NCBI GenBank assembly: GCA_025923995.1 | Contig: JAICEW010000001.1 | Coordinates: 4,513 to 68,512, forward strand | Source: Vicinamibacteria bacterium | Lineage (GTDB): Bacteria > Acidobacteriota > Vicinamibacteria > Fen-336 | Direction: 5' to 3' | DNA length: 64,000 bases | Shown: piece by piece, positions 8,555-21,549 of the stretch | How positions within the stretch are numbered: position 1 is the first letter of the stretch | How the letters are laid out: the number at the start of each line of letters is the position of its first letter | Translations under genes and position numbers: made by a program | Notes under the pieces: model-generated | The model's database searches: none | What the model was told of the DNA's origin: nothing | Seen by the model: only the letters and a program-made list of their open reading frames with translations

Positions 8555-8909
8555 GTGGTCCACCTCCTCGGCGAGACGGACGCGGGGTGAGGGCCGGCTC
8601 TCTCGGCACGAGGCGGGGGACGTGATGCGCCTCACCGCACGCACGTGTCACGCGTGCCTGGTGATCGCGGGATGACGAAGCTTCCGCGAAGCCGCCTGCG
8701 GGGGGACTGGGGGAGGAGGCTCGGCGGCTGGCGGGCCGGCGGAAGAGGGAGGCCGCCGCCCGCACCGGCCAGCCGACTCTTCCGCGGATCGGCTGCCCCG
8801 GCGCCACCCGGGCGGCGACGGTTCCCTACCCCTATGTGACGCGCGAAACCCATCCGTTACGTCTCAGGGGGGAAGCCTGGTCGTCCTAGAATGTCGGTGC
8901 CCTGGTCCC

Positions 8910-11900
8910 ATGCGCGGTCGAGCCCATTCGCCGGCTTGGACCCCTTTCCGGACGGTCCTGCTGTGCCTGGCGGCCTCGCCGTTCGTGGTCGCGCTCGAGG
9001 AGACGGTCGTCCCGAACGGCGTTCCCCTGCCCTTCGAGCTGACGGGCGGCGAGCCCAACCGCCACCCGTTGGCGCTCGAAGCGGGCCAGCTCCTGGACGT
9101 GGAGCTGCGCGAGAGATCGTCGCGGCTCGGCCTCGCCCTCCTCGATCCCTCGGGCGCCGTCGCCGCGCGACGTGAGGTGGCCGGAGAGAGCATCACGACG
9201 GTGCGCCTGCTCGCCGTGGCTCCGGTCGCGGGGCTCTACACGCTCGAGGTCCGGGCCCAGTCACCGGGCGCGCCGGGAGGCTACACGCTTGGCATCCAGC
9301 CGCCCCGTGCGGCCGGCACCGCCGAGCGGACGCGCGTCTCCGGCGACGAGGTGCATGCCGAAGCCCTCCGGGAGGCGGCCAAGGGCACGCCGGACGGCCG
9401 ACGCGGGGCGCTCGAGCGGCTGGCCGTCGCCGAGAAGGCGTTCGGCGAGACCGGCGACCGTCTCGGCCTCGCCCTCGTGCTCCAGGATCGCGGGACCGTG
9501 CAGCTCGCGCTCGGAGACCTCGCCGCCGGCCCGTCGTCGTATGAACGCGCGCTCGATCTGTTCCGCCGGATGGACCACGCCGAGGGCGAGGCGGCGGCGC
9601 TGTGCGGGCTGGGGCGCGCGAAGCTGGCCCAAGGTGAGCTGGAGCTGGCGGGACAGTTGTTCGATCGGGCGCTCGAACGTGCCGGCGCGGCCAATCCACG
9701 CACCGTCGCCTACTACACCAGCAACGCCGGGATCGTGCTGGCGCGCACTGGACGCTACGAAGGCGCGATCGCGCGTTTCTCCCGCGCGGCCGAGCTGGTG
9801 GCCCCGACGGGGGACGGGCGCGGCCAGGGCCGCGCGCTCACCAACCTGGCGAGCGCCCACAAGGAGCTGGGCGACTACGAGCGCGCGGCCGCCATCTACG
9901 ATCGCGCGCTCGCGGTGTGGGAGAAGGCCGGACAGCGCGACGGCATGCTGATGACGCTCGTCAACCTCGGCAACATGGCCCTGCTGCAGGACGACGTGGA
10001 GCGCGCACAGGCGCTGCTGGAGAAGGCCCTGCCGCTGGCGGAGGGCACGGGGACCGACGAGGAAGGCCGTCTCCTCATGAACCTGGCGGCGATCCATCGG
10101 CGGCGCGGGGACCTGCCGCGGGCCGTCCCTCTGGCCGAGCGGTCGCTCGAAATCAGGCGGCGCGCGGCCCAGCCGCGTGGCATCGCCAGTTCGCTGCAGA
10201 TCCTCGCGGACTGCGTACGCGACGCCGGCGACCCGGAGCTGGCCCTGCGCCACCTCACGGAGGCGCTGGCGCTGCAGCAGTCCATCCAGGACGCGTACCT
10301 GGGCTCGGAGACGCTCAGCCGCATGGCCGAGCTGGAGCGCTCCGGTGGCCGCCTGAAGGAGGCCGTGCAGCACGCCGAGCAGGCGGTGAGCCTTGTCGAG
10401 TCGCTGCGGGCTTCCGTGACGAACCCGGACCTGCGCGCTTCGTTCGTCGCGGTCGAGCGGGTCAAGTACGACCTGCTGGTCGACGTGCTGATGCGCCTGC
10501 ACGAGCAGGACCCGGCGGCGGGGCACGACGCGGCCGCCCTGGCCGTCAGCGAGCGCGCCAGCGCGCGCGTCCTTCTCGACTCGCTGGTGGAGGCGCGCGC
10601 CGACATCCGCGCCGGCGTGGACGCCGCGCTGCTGGCCCGCGAGCGGGAGCTCCAGAAGCGGATGACCGAGGGCTCCACGCGCCTGTCGTCGCTGCTCGCC
10701 CGGCAGGCCCCGGCCGGAGACGTGGAGCCCGCTCGCGCCGCACTCGAAGCCGCGTCCGAGGAGTACCGCCAGCTCCAGGCCACGATCAGGGCGCAGAGCC
10801 CCCGCTATGCCGCGCTCACCCAGCCCCAGCCCCCCACGCTGGAGCAGCTGCGGCAGGACGCGCTGGACGAAGGGACGCTCCTGCTGGAGTACTTCCTGGG
10901 CGACGACCGCAGTGTCCTCTGGGTCGTGGGCCGGAAGGAGCTCGTGAGCGTCTCGCTGCCCGCCCGCCGGAGGATCGAGGAGCCCGCCCGGCGCATCCAC
11001 GAGCTCCTGAGCGAGCGGCAGCGCTCGCGTGGTGCCGCCGCGCGCGCGGCCGACGAGCGCCTCCGCGCGGAGTCGGCGGCGCTGTCGGAGGTGCTGCTCG
11101 GGGGCATCGCGCCGCGGCTGCGGGCCGACTGGCGCGGCAAGCGCCTCCTGATCGTGGCGCCGGGCGCGCTGGCGTACGTTCCCTTCGCCGCGCTCCCGCT
11201 GCCCGGCGACGCCGGCGGCCGCCCCCTGTTGGACGGCCACGAGGTGGTCTACGCGCCGTCGGCCTCCGTGCTGATCGCCTTGCGCCGCGAGCCGCCCCCG
11301 GTCACGGAACGGTCGACGGTCGCCGTGCTGGCCGACCCGGTCTTCGAGGCGGACGACCCCCGCGTCGGCCGCTCGGGGGGGCACGCCTCGCGGGCGCCGC
11401 AACCGGTCGGGCTGGGCCGCGCGATGCGGAGCCTGGGGCGCGACCACTTCACGCGCCTGCCCTTCTCCCGCGCGGAGGCGGCGGCGCTCGCGTCGCTGGT
11501 GCCCGAGCGTGACCTGCTGCGCGCGACCGACTTCGCGGCGTCGCGCGCGCTCGTCGACGAGGGCGCGCTGGCGGGGCGACGCATCGTGCACTTCGCGACC
11601 CACGGCATCCTCGACACCGCGCACCCCGACCTGTCCGGCCTCGTGCTGTCGCTCGTGGACGAGAAGGGCCGGCCGCGCGACGGCTTCCTGCGCATGCACG
11701 AGATCTACAACCTGCGCCTGCCCGCGGACCTGGTGGTGCTGAGCGCGTGCCAGACCGCGCTCGGCCGCGAGGTGCGCGGCGAGGGGCTGGTCGGCCTCAC
11801 GCGCGGCTTCCTCTACGCCGGCGCGCGCCGCGTGATGGCCAGCCTCTGGCAGGTCGACGACGAGTCGAGCGCGGAGCTGATGAGGCGCTTCTATCGCGCC

Positions 11901-12026
11901 CACCTGCGCGACGGGCAGCCGCCGGCGGCCGCGCTGCGCGCCGCGCAGGCGGAGATGTCCCGCGACCGCCGGTTCGCCGCGCCGTTCTACTGGGCGGCGT
12001 TCACCCTCACCGGCGACTGGCGCTGA
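8910..12026 (+). CDS. multidomain CHAT (caspase-like) protease: N-terminal PPC-like domain, TPR repeats, coiled linker, C-terminal CHAT domain
   Basis: TPR-like segments (LGLALVLQDRG..., ALTNLASAHKELGDYERAAAIYDRAL..., LMNLAAIHRRRGDL...). The CHAT domain carries the His/Cys dyad (IVHFATHGILD ... LVVLSACQTALG). The N-terminus (FRTVLLCLAASPFVVALEE) may be a signal peptide. Start codon uncertain; the only in-frame ATG is at 8910. Confidence 0.85.
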   Translation: MRGRAHSPAWTPFRTVLLCLAASPFVVALEETVVPNGVPLPFELTGGEPNRHPLALEAGQLLDVELRERSSRLGLALLDPSGAVAARREVAGESITTVRLLAVAPVAGLYTLEVRAQSPGAPGGYTLGIQPPRAAGTAERTRVSGDEVHAEALREAAKGTPDGRRGALERLAVAEKAFGETGDRLGLALVLQDRGTVQLALGDLAAGPSSYERALDLFRRMDHAEGEAAALCGLGRAKLAQGELELAGQLFDRALERAGAANPRTVAYYTSNAGIVLARTGRYEGAIARFSRAAELVAPTGDGRGQGRALTNLASAHKELGDYERAAAIYDRALAVWEKAGQRDGMLMTLVNLGNMALLQDDVERAQALLEKALPLAEGTGTDEEGRLLMNLAAIHRRRGDLPRAVPLAERSLEIRRRAAQPRGIASSLQILADCVRDAGDPELALRHLTEALALQQSIQDAYLGSETLSRMAELERSGGRLKEAVQHAEQAVSLVESLRASVTNPDLRASFVAVERVKYDLLVDVLMRLHEQDPAAGHDAAALAVSERASARVLLDSLVEARADIRAGVDAALLARERELQKRMTEGSTRLSSLLARQAPAGDVEPARAALEAASEEYRQLQATIRAQSPRYAALTQPQPPTLEQLRQDALDEGTLLLEYFLGDDRSVLWVVGRKELVSVSLPARRRIEEPARRIHELLSERQRSRGAAARAADERLRAESAALSEVLLGGIAPRLRADWRGKRLLIVAPGALAYVPFAALPLPGDAGGRPLLDGHEVVYAPSASVLIALRREPPPVTERSTVAVLADPVFEADDPRVGRSGGHASRAPQPVGLGRAMRSLGRDHFTRLPFSRAEAAALASLVPERDLLRATDFAASRALVDEGALAGRRIVHFATHGILDTAHPDLSGLVLSLVDEKGRPRDGFLRMHEIYNLRLPADLVVLSACQTALGREVRGEGLVGLTRGFLYAGARRVMASLWQVDDESSAELMRRFYRAHLRDGQPPAAALRAAQAEMSRDRRFAAPFYWAAFTLTGDWR

Positions 12027-12114
12027 CCCCGACCGACCGATCGGTTTGACTGGCTCGCCGGAAGAGCGTAGCTTCGAGCGTACGGCCAACCCTCAGCGCG
12101 ATCCCATCCGTCTC

Positions 12115-14604
<2,490 letters not shown>

Positions 14605-14657
14605 GAACGAAAGGCTCGCCCTCGGTCCGGCGATCGGCCGGGAGGTAGTCTCTACTC

Positions 14658-16007
14658 GTGGTCCCGCAGGAGCTGCTCGAACGGATCCGGCTGCGGCTGG
14701 AGGAGAGCTTCGTCGGCATCGGCGCCCACGTGGCCGAGCTGGCCGACGTGGACGTGGCCGACCTGGTCAACGAGCTGACGCTCCAGGAGGGCGCGGCCGT
14801 CGTCTCGATGCTGCCGGTGGTGCGGGCGGTGGGCGTGCTGGACCAGCCCAGCCTGCGCCGGCGCAGCGCCATCGTGGAGCAGCTCGACCCGGGGCGGGCC
14901 GGGCAGCTGCTCGAGCAGCTCTCGGCCGACCAGCGCACCGAGATCGTCCGCGAGATGGGCCAGCTGGAGCGCCGGCGCGTCCTGCCCAAGCTGTCGGCCG
15001 CGGCCCAGGCCGAGCTGGAGGGCCTCCTGCAGTACCCGCCGCACTCGGCGGGCGGCATCATGACCACCGAGTTCGTGCGGCTCTCGCCCGGCCTGACCGT
15101 GGGCGAGGCGCTCAAGCACCTGCGCGCCGTGGCCCGCGAGAAGGAGTCGATCTACGCCTGCTACGTGATGGAGCCGGAGACGGGCCGGCTGCTCGGCGCC
15201 GTCTCGCTGCGCGACCTGGTGATGGCGGAGATGGGGAGCCCGCTGGTGGACGTCATGCGGCGCAAGCCGGTGACGGTGGCGGCGCTGGACGACCGCGAGC
15301 TGGTCGCCCAGAAGATCGCCAAGTACAACCTGCTGGCGGTGCCGGTGCTGGAGGCGGACGGCCGCGTGGTCGGCTTCGTCACCGTGGACGACGTCATCGA
15401 CGTCCTGGTCGAGGAGCAGACCGAGGACATCCTGCGCATGGCCGCCGTCGAGCCGGGCCTGGACAAGCCCTATTTCGACAACCCGATCTGGCGCGTGGTG
15501 CGCAAGCGCGTCGGCTGGCTGCTGCTGCTGTTCGTGGGCGGCACCCTCACCGGCACCGTCCTGCGGCACTTCGAGGGCGAGCTGTCGGCGGTGGTGGCGC
15601 TCAGCTTCTTCATCCCCATGCTCATCGGCACCGGCGGCAACGCCGGCGCGCAGACGGTGATGACGGTCATCCGCAGCCTGGCCCTCTCCGAGATCCGCTT
15701 CCGCGACGCCTGGAAGGTCGTGCTGCGCGAGGCGCTCACGGGGCTGACGGTGGGCGTGATGATCGCGACGGCCGCGCTGGGCCAGGCCCTGCTGACCGGC
15801 GCCTCGCTCACGCTCGCCATCACGGTCGCGCTCACCATGCTCGCCATCTGCCTGTGGTCGACGGCCGTCGGCGCGCTCATCCCGCTGGTGGCACAACGGG
15901 TGGGCCTGGACCCGGCCGTCCTCTCCGCCCCGCTCATCACCACGATGGTGGATGCGACGGGCCTGGTCATCTACTTCTTGATCGCAAAGACCGTTCTGGG
16001 GCTTTGA
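14658..16007 (+). CDS. mgtE: magnesium transporter MgtE (N-terminal domain, CBS pair, TM domain)
   Basis: Full-length similarity to the MgtE family (CBS pair ...[26 protein letters not shown]...; TM region [17 protein letters not shown]). GTG start. Confidence 0.85.
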   Translation: MVPQELLERIRLRLEESFVGIGAHVAELADVDVADLVNELTLQEGAAVVSMLPVVRAVGVLDQPSLRRRSAIVEQLDPGRAGQLLEQLSADQRTEIVREMGQLERRRVLPKLSAAAQAELEGLLQYPPHSAGGIMTTEFVRLSPGLTVGEALKHLRAVAREKESIYACYVMEPETGRLLGAVSLRDLVMAEMGSPLVDVMRRKPVTVAALDDRELVAQKIAKYNLLAVPVLEADGRVVGFVTVDDVIDVLVEEQTEDILRMAAVEPGLDKPYFDNPIWRVVRKRVGWLLLLFVGGTLTGTVLRHFEGELSAVVALSFFIPMLIGTGGNAGAQTVMTVIRSLALSEIRFRDAWKVVLREALTGLTVGVMIATAALGQALLTGASLTLAITVALTMLAICLWSTAVGALIPLVAQRVGLDPAVLSAPLITTMVDATGLVIYFLIAKTVLGL

Positions 16008-16053
16008 GGCCCAGCTCTTTGCCGTAAAGCGCGTAAGGCGCGACACTCTAGCC

Positions 16054-18285
16054 ATGACCGACCCGGCCGAGGTCCTGCGCGCGGCGGCGCTGGACCTGGC
16101 GCGCACGCTCGACCTGGAGCGCGTGCTCGAACGGCTGCTCGACCACCTCGGCGTCCTGGTCGCCTACGACACCGCGAACGTGATGCTGCTGGCGGACGTC
16201 ACGCGGCTCGAGGTGCGCGCGGTCCGCGGCTACGAGCGATGGGGCACCGCCGAGACGGTCCGCCAGGGCGTCTTCGAGGCGAGGAACCACCCCGTGCTGA
16301 CGCCGATCCTCGACCGCCGCGCGAGCATCCTCATCGCGGACACGCAGACCGATCCCCACTGGCAGCGGCACGACGGCGCCGATCACGTGCGCAGCTGGAT
16401 GGGGGTCCCGCTGGTGGCGGGCGACGAGGTGTTCGGGCTCTTCTCGATCGACCGCTCGCTGCCCGGCGCGTTCGGGCCCCGCGACGTCGCGTCCACCGAG
16501 GCGCTGGCGCCGTTCGCCGCCATGGCCATCCGCAACGCGCGCCTGTTCGAGCGCCTGCGGGCGGAGGAGCAGCGCCACCGCGCGCAGGTGGGCGAGTTCC
16601 AGAAGCTGCTGGAGGTGATCCCGATCGGCATCGGGATCGCCCGCGACCCCTCCTGCACGGTGATCGAGAGCAACCCGTACCTGGCACGGCTGTTCGGCAC
16701 CCGCTCCGGCGACAACGTCTCGTTCTCGGGGCCGCCCGGCACGCTGCCGACGGGCGTCGGCCTCCATCACCACGGCGTCCCCATCCCGTCCGCGGACCTG
16801 CCCATGCAGCGCGCCGCGCGCACGGGGGAGGAGGTCGTGGACATGGAGATGGACCTCGTCCGCGACGGCGCCCAGGTGGCCACCATCCTCGGCTACGCGG
16901 GCCCGCTGCTGGACGACGAGGGCAAGCCGCGCGGCGCGATCGGCGTCTGCCTCGACATCACCGAGCGCAAGCGGGTGGAGGAGCAGGTGCGGAGCCTGGC
17001 CTACCGCGACTCGCTCACCGGCCTCCCCAACCGCCTGCTCTTCCACGACCGGCTCTCGGTGGCGGTGGCCAGCGCGCACCGCCATCGCCGCGGTGTCGCC
17101 GTGCTGTTCCTGGACCTCGACCGGTTCAAGGTCATCAACGACTCGCTCGGCCACTCGGTGGGCGACCGGCTGCTGCAGGAAGTCTCGGAGCGGCTCCGCG
17201 CCTGCGTGCGCGAGGGCGACAGCGTGGCCCGGCTGGGGGGCGACGAGTTCACCGTCCTGCTGCAGGACGTGGGGGCGCCCGCGGACGCCGCGCGCATCGC
17301 GGAGAAGGTGCTGGACGCCCTGCGCGCCCCCTTCCGGCTGGAGGGCCACGAGCTGTTCGTGACCGGCAGCGTGGGCGTCAGCCTGTTCCCCGAGGACGGG
17401 CAGTCCGCGGAGACGCTCATCAAGCACGCGGACACCGCCATGTACCGGGCCAAGGAGCAGGGCCGCGACGGGCTGCAGCTCTACACGCCGGTCATGAGCG
17501 TGGCGGCGCTGGAGCGGCTCGCGCTCGAGAGCGGGCTGCGGCGCGCGCTGGCGCGCAGCGAGTTCGTCCTCCATTACCAGCCCATCCTCGACATCGCCGG
17601 CCGCAGGCTGCACGGTGTCGAGGCCCTGCTGCGGTGGCGCCATCCCGAGCTGGGCCTGCTGGGGCCCGACCGCTTCCTGCCGCTCGCGGAGGCGACCGGC
17701 CTGGTGCTGCGCATCGGCCCCTGGGTCCTGGGCGAGGCCTGCCGGCAGGTGCGGGCGTGGCAGCAGCGCGGCCATCCCGAGCTGAGCCTCGCCGTCAACA
17801 TGAGCGCGCGGCAGTTCCTGCAGCCGGGGCTGCTGGGGACGGTCGCCGCGGTGCTCGACGAGACGGGCCTGGCGCCGGCGCACCTGGAGATCGAGATCAC
17901 CGAGACGGACGCCATGCAGAACGCCGACCTGATGGGCGAGACGCTGCGCGGCCTGGTGAGCCTGGGGGTGCGCCTCTCCATCGACGACTTCGGCACCGGC
18001 TACTCGTCGCTGGGCTACCTGAAGCGGTTCCCCATACAGACCCTCAAGATCGACCGCTCGTTCGTCGGCGACGTGGTGTCGGACCAGGACGATGCCGCGA
18101 TCGTCTCCGCCATCCTGGCCATGGCGCGCACGCTCAAGCTGCACGTGGTGGCGGAGGGGGTCGAGACGGCCGAACAGCTCGAGTTCCTCTCCGCGCGCGG
18201 CTGCGAGCGCGCGCAGGGCTTCTACCTCGGCCGGCCGCTCCCGCAGGAGGAGGTGGAGCGCGCCCTCGGCATCGGCGCGCTTTGA
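16054..18285 (+). CDS. GAF/PAS sensor protein with GGDEF diguanylate cyclase and EAL phosphodiesterase domains (c-di-GMP turnover)
   Basis: RLGGDEFTVLL (GGDEF), EALLRWRHPELG (EAL), DDFGTGYSSL, QGFY motifs. N-terminal GAF-like and PAS-like segments. Confidence 0.85.
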   Translation: MTDPAEVLRAAALDLARTLDLERVLERLLDHLGVLVAYDTANVMLLADVTRLEVRAVRGYERWGTAETVRQGVFEARNHPVLTPILDRRASILIADTQTDPHWQRHDGADHVRSWMGVPLVAGDEVFGLFSIDRSLPGAFGPRDVASTEALAPFAAMAIRNARLFERLRAEEQRHRAQVGEFQKLLEVIPIGIGIARDPSCTVIESNPYLARLFGTRSGDNVSFSGPPGTLPTGVGLHHHGVPIPSADLPMQRAARTGEEVVDMEMDLVRDGAQVATILGYAGPLLDDEGKPRGAIGVCLDITERKRVEEQVRSLAYRDSLTGLPNRLLFHDRLSVAVASAHRHRRGVAVLFLDLDRFKVINDSLGHSVGDRLLQEVSERLRACVREGDSVARLGGDEFTVLLQDVGAPADAARIAEKVLDALRAPFRLEGHELFVTGSVGVSLFPEDGQSAETLIKHADTAMYRAKEQGRDGLQLYTPVMSVAALERLALESGLRRALARSEFVLHYQPILDIAGRRLHGVEALLRWRHPELGLLGPDRFLPLAEATGLVLRIGPWVLGEACRQVRAWQQRGHPELSLAVNMSARQFLQPGLLGTVAAVLDETGLAPAHLEIEITETDAMQNADLMGETLRGLVSLGVRLSIDDFGTGYSSLGYLKRFPIQTLKIDRSFVGDVVSDQDDAAIVSAILAMARTLKLHVVAEGVETAEQLEFLSARGCERAQGFYLGRPLPQEEVERALGIGAL

Positions 18286-18334
18286 CGGGGTTTGATCGCC
18301 TCGGCGGTCCCCGATCTCGCGGTCCGCTGGACCG

Positions 18335-20389
18335 TCACGCCGTAGGGCCGGAGCCCGGCGCGGCCACCACCTCGAACGGCTCGCGGGCCCGCAGGGTCTC
18401 GCTCTTGCCGTCCGCCTGCACCGAGATCAGCAGCTCGTAGCTGCCGGCGGGCAGTCCCTTGAGCGGGATCGACCACTGCCGCGAGGGGGGCACCGCCGCG
18501 ATCGGGCTGTCCGGGATCTGCAGCAGGGTCTGCCCCGAGGCGTCGCGCAGCACGACGCCCGCCTGCACGGCCACGCCCGGCGCGCCCATCACCTGCACCA
18601 CGCAGTGGAGCGTGGAGTCGGCGGCGAACCGCCTCTCCGCGCGGGCCAGCGGCCGCTGCGCCTGCAGCACGTCGGTGAGGATGGGTGTCGTGATCCGGAA
18701 GGTGTCGAGCGGCTGCACCTCGAGCGTGTGGCGCACGCTGCCCAGGCGGTGGCCGCCGCTACGCTCGCGCACCACCAGGCGCGCCTGGTACGCGCCCACG
18801 TCCGCCTCGAAGTGCTGCTCGATCCGGACGCGGTTCCCGGCCGCGGCGACCGGGGCCGCCCGCACCACCTGCTGAGCGCGGCTGCTGCCCTGGCCCGTGA
18901 GCAGGAACACCGCGTCGAGTGTGTCGGGCGTGCTCATGCCGGTGGTGTCCACCTCCGCCACCAGGCGCACCACCGAGCCACCGCGAGGACCGCGCCCGAG
19001 CACGTACGAGGCGAGGTGGAAGGGCAGCCCCGTGACGTCGAAAGGCGAGACCAGCGCGGCCTCCAGCTCGGGGCGCGCGGAGGCGCGGCGGACGGACCGG
19101 GCCTCCGGCGCCGCCACCGCGAAGTAGCCGGGCCGCACGTCGAGCTTGAGGTCGGCGCCGCGTGCCGACACCCGGAGCTCGTGGTACCTGCCGTCGGCGC
19201 GCCCGCCCGGCGCGTAGCCCAGCAGGTAGTAGGTGCGCAGCTCGTTCCCGATGCGCGAGAACGCGTCGGGCAGGGCCTCCAGGCTGCGGACGATGCGGCC
19301 TCCGGTCGCGTGGGCGAGCGCGTCCGAGCCCTCGGCGTCCCGCTTCGCGTGCATCTGCGCGTCCAGGATGTCGCGCGTGTCGATGTCCCGCACGTAGTCG
19401 CCGGTGTCGTGGCCCAGCAAGCCCTGGTTGCGGGGGTCGATCACGTGCACCGCCGCCCGGGCGCGGCGCGCGGCCTCGACCAGCTCGCGATGCTCCAGGA
19501 TCGCCGGGTCGTGGATGAACCCCTCCGACACGAGGACCACCGCCTTGCGGCCCGGCCGCGCCGCCAGTCCCTGCAAGAGCTGCACGAGGCTCGCGAGCGT
19601 CGCCGCCTGGCGGCTGCGCGCCGCACGCCACTTCTGCTCGGCCTCCACCTTGATGGCGCCCTTGCCGATCGCCGGCGCGTCCCGCATGCCGTCGCTCTCG
19701 ACGCCACGCGGTCGCTTGGCCCCACCCCCGCCGTACACCTCGGGCAGGATGGGCGTCGGATCGGGCACGTAGCCCTGGTCCACGTAACGGCGGTAGACCT
19801 GCGTCAGCGTGGTGTCGTTGTTGCGGGCCGCGATCAGGAACGCCTCGTAGTCGGTCATGTACCCGGGCCGTTCGAACCGCGCGCCGCGGAAGCGATCGAG
19901 CGCGCGCTGCAGGCCCTCCGCGTCCTCGGGCAGACGTCCCAGCCACGAGCCGCCGCCGGCGGTGGACAGGAGCAGCACGTCCGCCGGTCCCAGCGAGCCC
20001 TCGCGCCAGACGGCGTCGAGCCGGCGCCGCACCTGCTCCGTCGTGGCCGGAGCCATGTGCAGCTCGTCGAACGCCACCACCAGCGTGGCCCGCGGCGTGG
20101 ACACGCCGGTGTTGGTGGACAGGACGCTCCTGCGCCTCTCCGCCTCCGAACCGGGCTGCGCCTCCAGGTCGACCGCCTCGAACGTCTCGACCTCCTGCGG
20201 CTTGCCGTCCTCGTACACCACGAAGTCGTCCTTCGTGAGCCCGCGCACGAGCTGCCCCTTCTCGTCCCTCACCACGACGTCCACGATGACCAGGTCGGCC
20301 TGGCTCGTGAACACCGGCGGCTCGGGGGGCTGCTGGGGAAGAAGGGAGGACGGCACGACGACGAGCGCGATCGCGAGGGGGGACCTCAT
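18335..20389 (-). CDS. VWFA-related acidobacterial-domain protein (TIGR03436-like), paralog 1
   Basis: Hallmark N-terminus FTSQADLVIVDVVVRDEKGQLVRGLTKDDFVVYEDGKPQEV. Signal peptide. ATG at 20389 with GGAGGTG RBS. ~55% alignable to the 21550-23607 product over the full length. Confidence 0.75.
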   Translation of the reverse strand: MRSPLAIALVVVPSSLLPQQPPEPPVFTSQADLVIVDVVVRDEKGQLVRGLTKDDFVVYEDGKPQEVETFEAVDLEAQPGSEAERRRSVLSTNTGVSTPRATLVVAFDELHMAPATTEQVRRRLDAVWREGSLGPADVLLLSTAGGGSWLGRLPEDAEGLQRALDRFRGARFERPGYMTDYEAFLIAARNNDTTLTQVYRRYVDQGYVPDPTPILPEVYGGGGAKRPRGVESDGMRDAPAIGKGAIKVEAEQKWRAARSRQAATLASLVQLLQGLAARPGRKAVVLVSEGFIHDPAILEHRELVEAARRARAAVHVIDPRNQGLLGHDTGDYVRDIDTRDILDAQMHAKRDAEGSDALAHATGGRIVRSLEALPDAFSRIGNELRTYYLLGYAPGGRADGRYHELRVSARGADLKLDVRPGYFAVAAPEARSVRRASARPELEAALVSPFDVTGLPFHLASYVLGRGPRGGSVVRLVAEVDTTGMSTPDTLDAVFLLTGQGSSRAQQVVRAAPVAAAGNRVRIEQHFEADVGAYQARLVVRERSGGHRLGSVRHTLEVQPLDTFRITTPILTDVLQAQRPLARAERRFAADSTLHCVVQVMGAPGVAVQAGVVLRDASGQTLLQIPDSPIAAVPPSRQWSIPLKGLPAGSYELLISVQADGKSETLRAREPFEVVAAPGSGPTA

Positions 20390-20532
20390 GCCTCACCTCC
20401 GGCGTCTGACGGCAGGCGCGATTCCCGATGGTAGTCCCGAAGGGAAGCCCCGCGCATCCCTTCGTCGAGGACTGGCCGGCCGGGCCGGCGGGCTGGTACC
20501 ATTCGGGGTTTGTAGGGGGCTCGAGGGGTCAC

Positions 20533-21540
20533 ATGTCGGTCGCGCGCGCGGTCTTCCTGGCTCTGTCGCTTTCGTCCGCCGCCGGAGCCTCGGCGCAGGA
20601 GTCGCTCAAGATCCAGCACCAGCCGCCGCAGTGCCTGGTTCCGGACCGCTACTCCGAGCTGCGCGCGAAGATCGACCCCATCAGCAACGTGCTGCGGGCC
20701 CGCATCCTCTTCCGTACGGACCCGCTGGCCGAGCCGCACGCGGTGCTGATGCGCCAGGACGGCCAGGAGTTCGTGGGCGTGCTGCCGCGCCCCCTGCCGA
20801 CCCTCACCCAGGTGCAGTACTGGGTGGAGGCCGCCGACCCGGCGCTGGTCGAGACGGTCTCGGACGAGGTCACGGTTCCCGTCCAGGCGAGCTGCGCCCA
20901 GGCGGCGAAGAACAAGAAGAGCGCCCGGACGGACGTGACGGCGCCGCTCGGAGCGCCGCTGGTCCCCGCCGGGTTCGGATCCGACGAGCAGGTGGCGGAT
21001 GCGACGTTCATGAAGGGTGGCTCGGGGCGTGCGGGCGTCTTCAACATCGGCGCCAAGACGTCGCTGATCGCCGCCCTCGGCGTCGGAGCGGGCGCGGTGG
21101 CGGTGGCCGCCGCCAACAACCCGGGCGGCAACCCGCCCGAGCGGCCCGTCGTGATGGAGCCGGTGGGCGTGACGTTCATCGAGTCGACGCCCGCGCCCGG
21201 GGGCACGGTCAGCCTGGGACAGGGGAGCTTCCGCGTCATGGTCCGCGTGGTGATCGGCAGCGGCATCGGCGGCGCGCCTTCGATCGAGTTCCGCCAGAAC
21301 CCCGGCGGGCCCGTCTGCATGACGAACGCGTTCCAGCTCCCGAACGAGTTCCTGGAGCCGCACGTCGGCCGGAACGTGCAGTTCAACCAGTTCCGGGCCA
21401 CCGGCGCCTGCGGCGACACGTTCGAGGTCGGCGTGGTGCGCGTGGCCCTGCGCGCGTCGTTCGGCGCCGGGGCGGAGATCTTCACGACGGGGACGGCCGA
21501 GGTCCCCGACCTGGCGCTGCGCTACCAGGTCACGCCCTAG
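20533..21540 (+). CDS. secreted hypothetical protein
   Basis: Start ATG 20533 (MSVARAVFLALSLSSAAGASAQ signal peptide) preceded by GAGGGG. GC3-rich. Sits between the two VWA paralogs on the opposite strand. Confidence 0.5.
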   Translation: MSVARAVFLALSLSSAAGASAQESLKIQHQPPQCLVPDRYSELRAKIDPISNVLRARILFRTDPLAEPHAVLMRQDGQEFVGVLPRPLPTLTQVQYWVEAADPALVETVSDEVTVPVQASCAQAAKNKKSARTDVTAPLGAPLVPAGFGSDEQVADATFMKGGSGRAGVFNIGAKTSLIAALGVGAGAVAVAAANNPGGNPPERPVVMEPVGVTFIESTPAPGGTVSLGQGSFRVMVRVVIGSGIGGAPSIEFRQNPGGPVCMTNAFQLPNEFLEPHVGRNVQFNQFRATGACGDTFEVGVVRVALRASFGAGAEIFTTGTAEVPDLALRYQVTP

Positions 21541-21549
21541 CGCACGCCG

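Noticed and set aside
509-8807. Long N-terminal extensions of minus-strand ORFs (509-2698, 2209-5751, 4128-6587, 6355-7605, 7008-8807, 7958-8644)
   Set aside because: In each case the upstream part is low-complexity and overlaps the true upstream gene in another frame. Real starts were placed at internal ATG/GTG codons followed by signal peptides, preceded by SD motifs and/or overlapping the upstream stop.
12046-12114. TTG start at 12046 for the kinase (ORF-track start)
   Set aside because: No RBS. The downstream ATG at 12115 begins the canonical kinase N-terminus (..Y.ILG.LG.GG). Kept only as an alternative.
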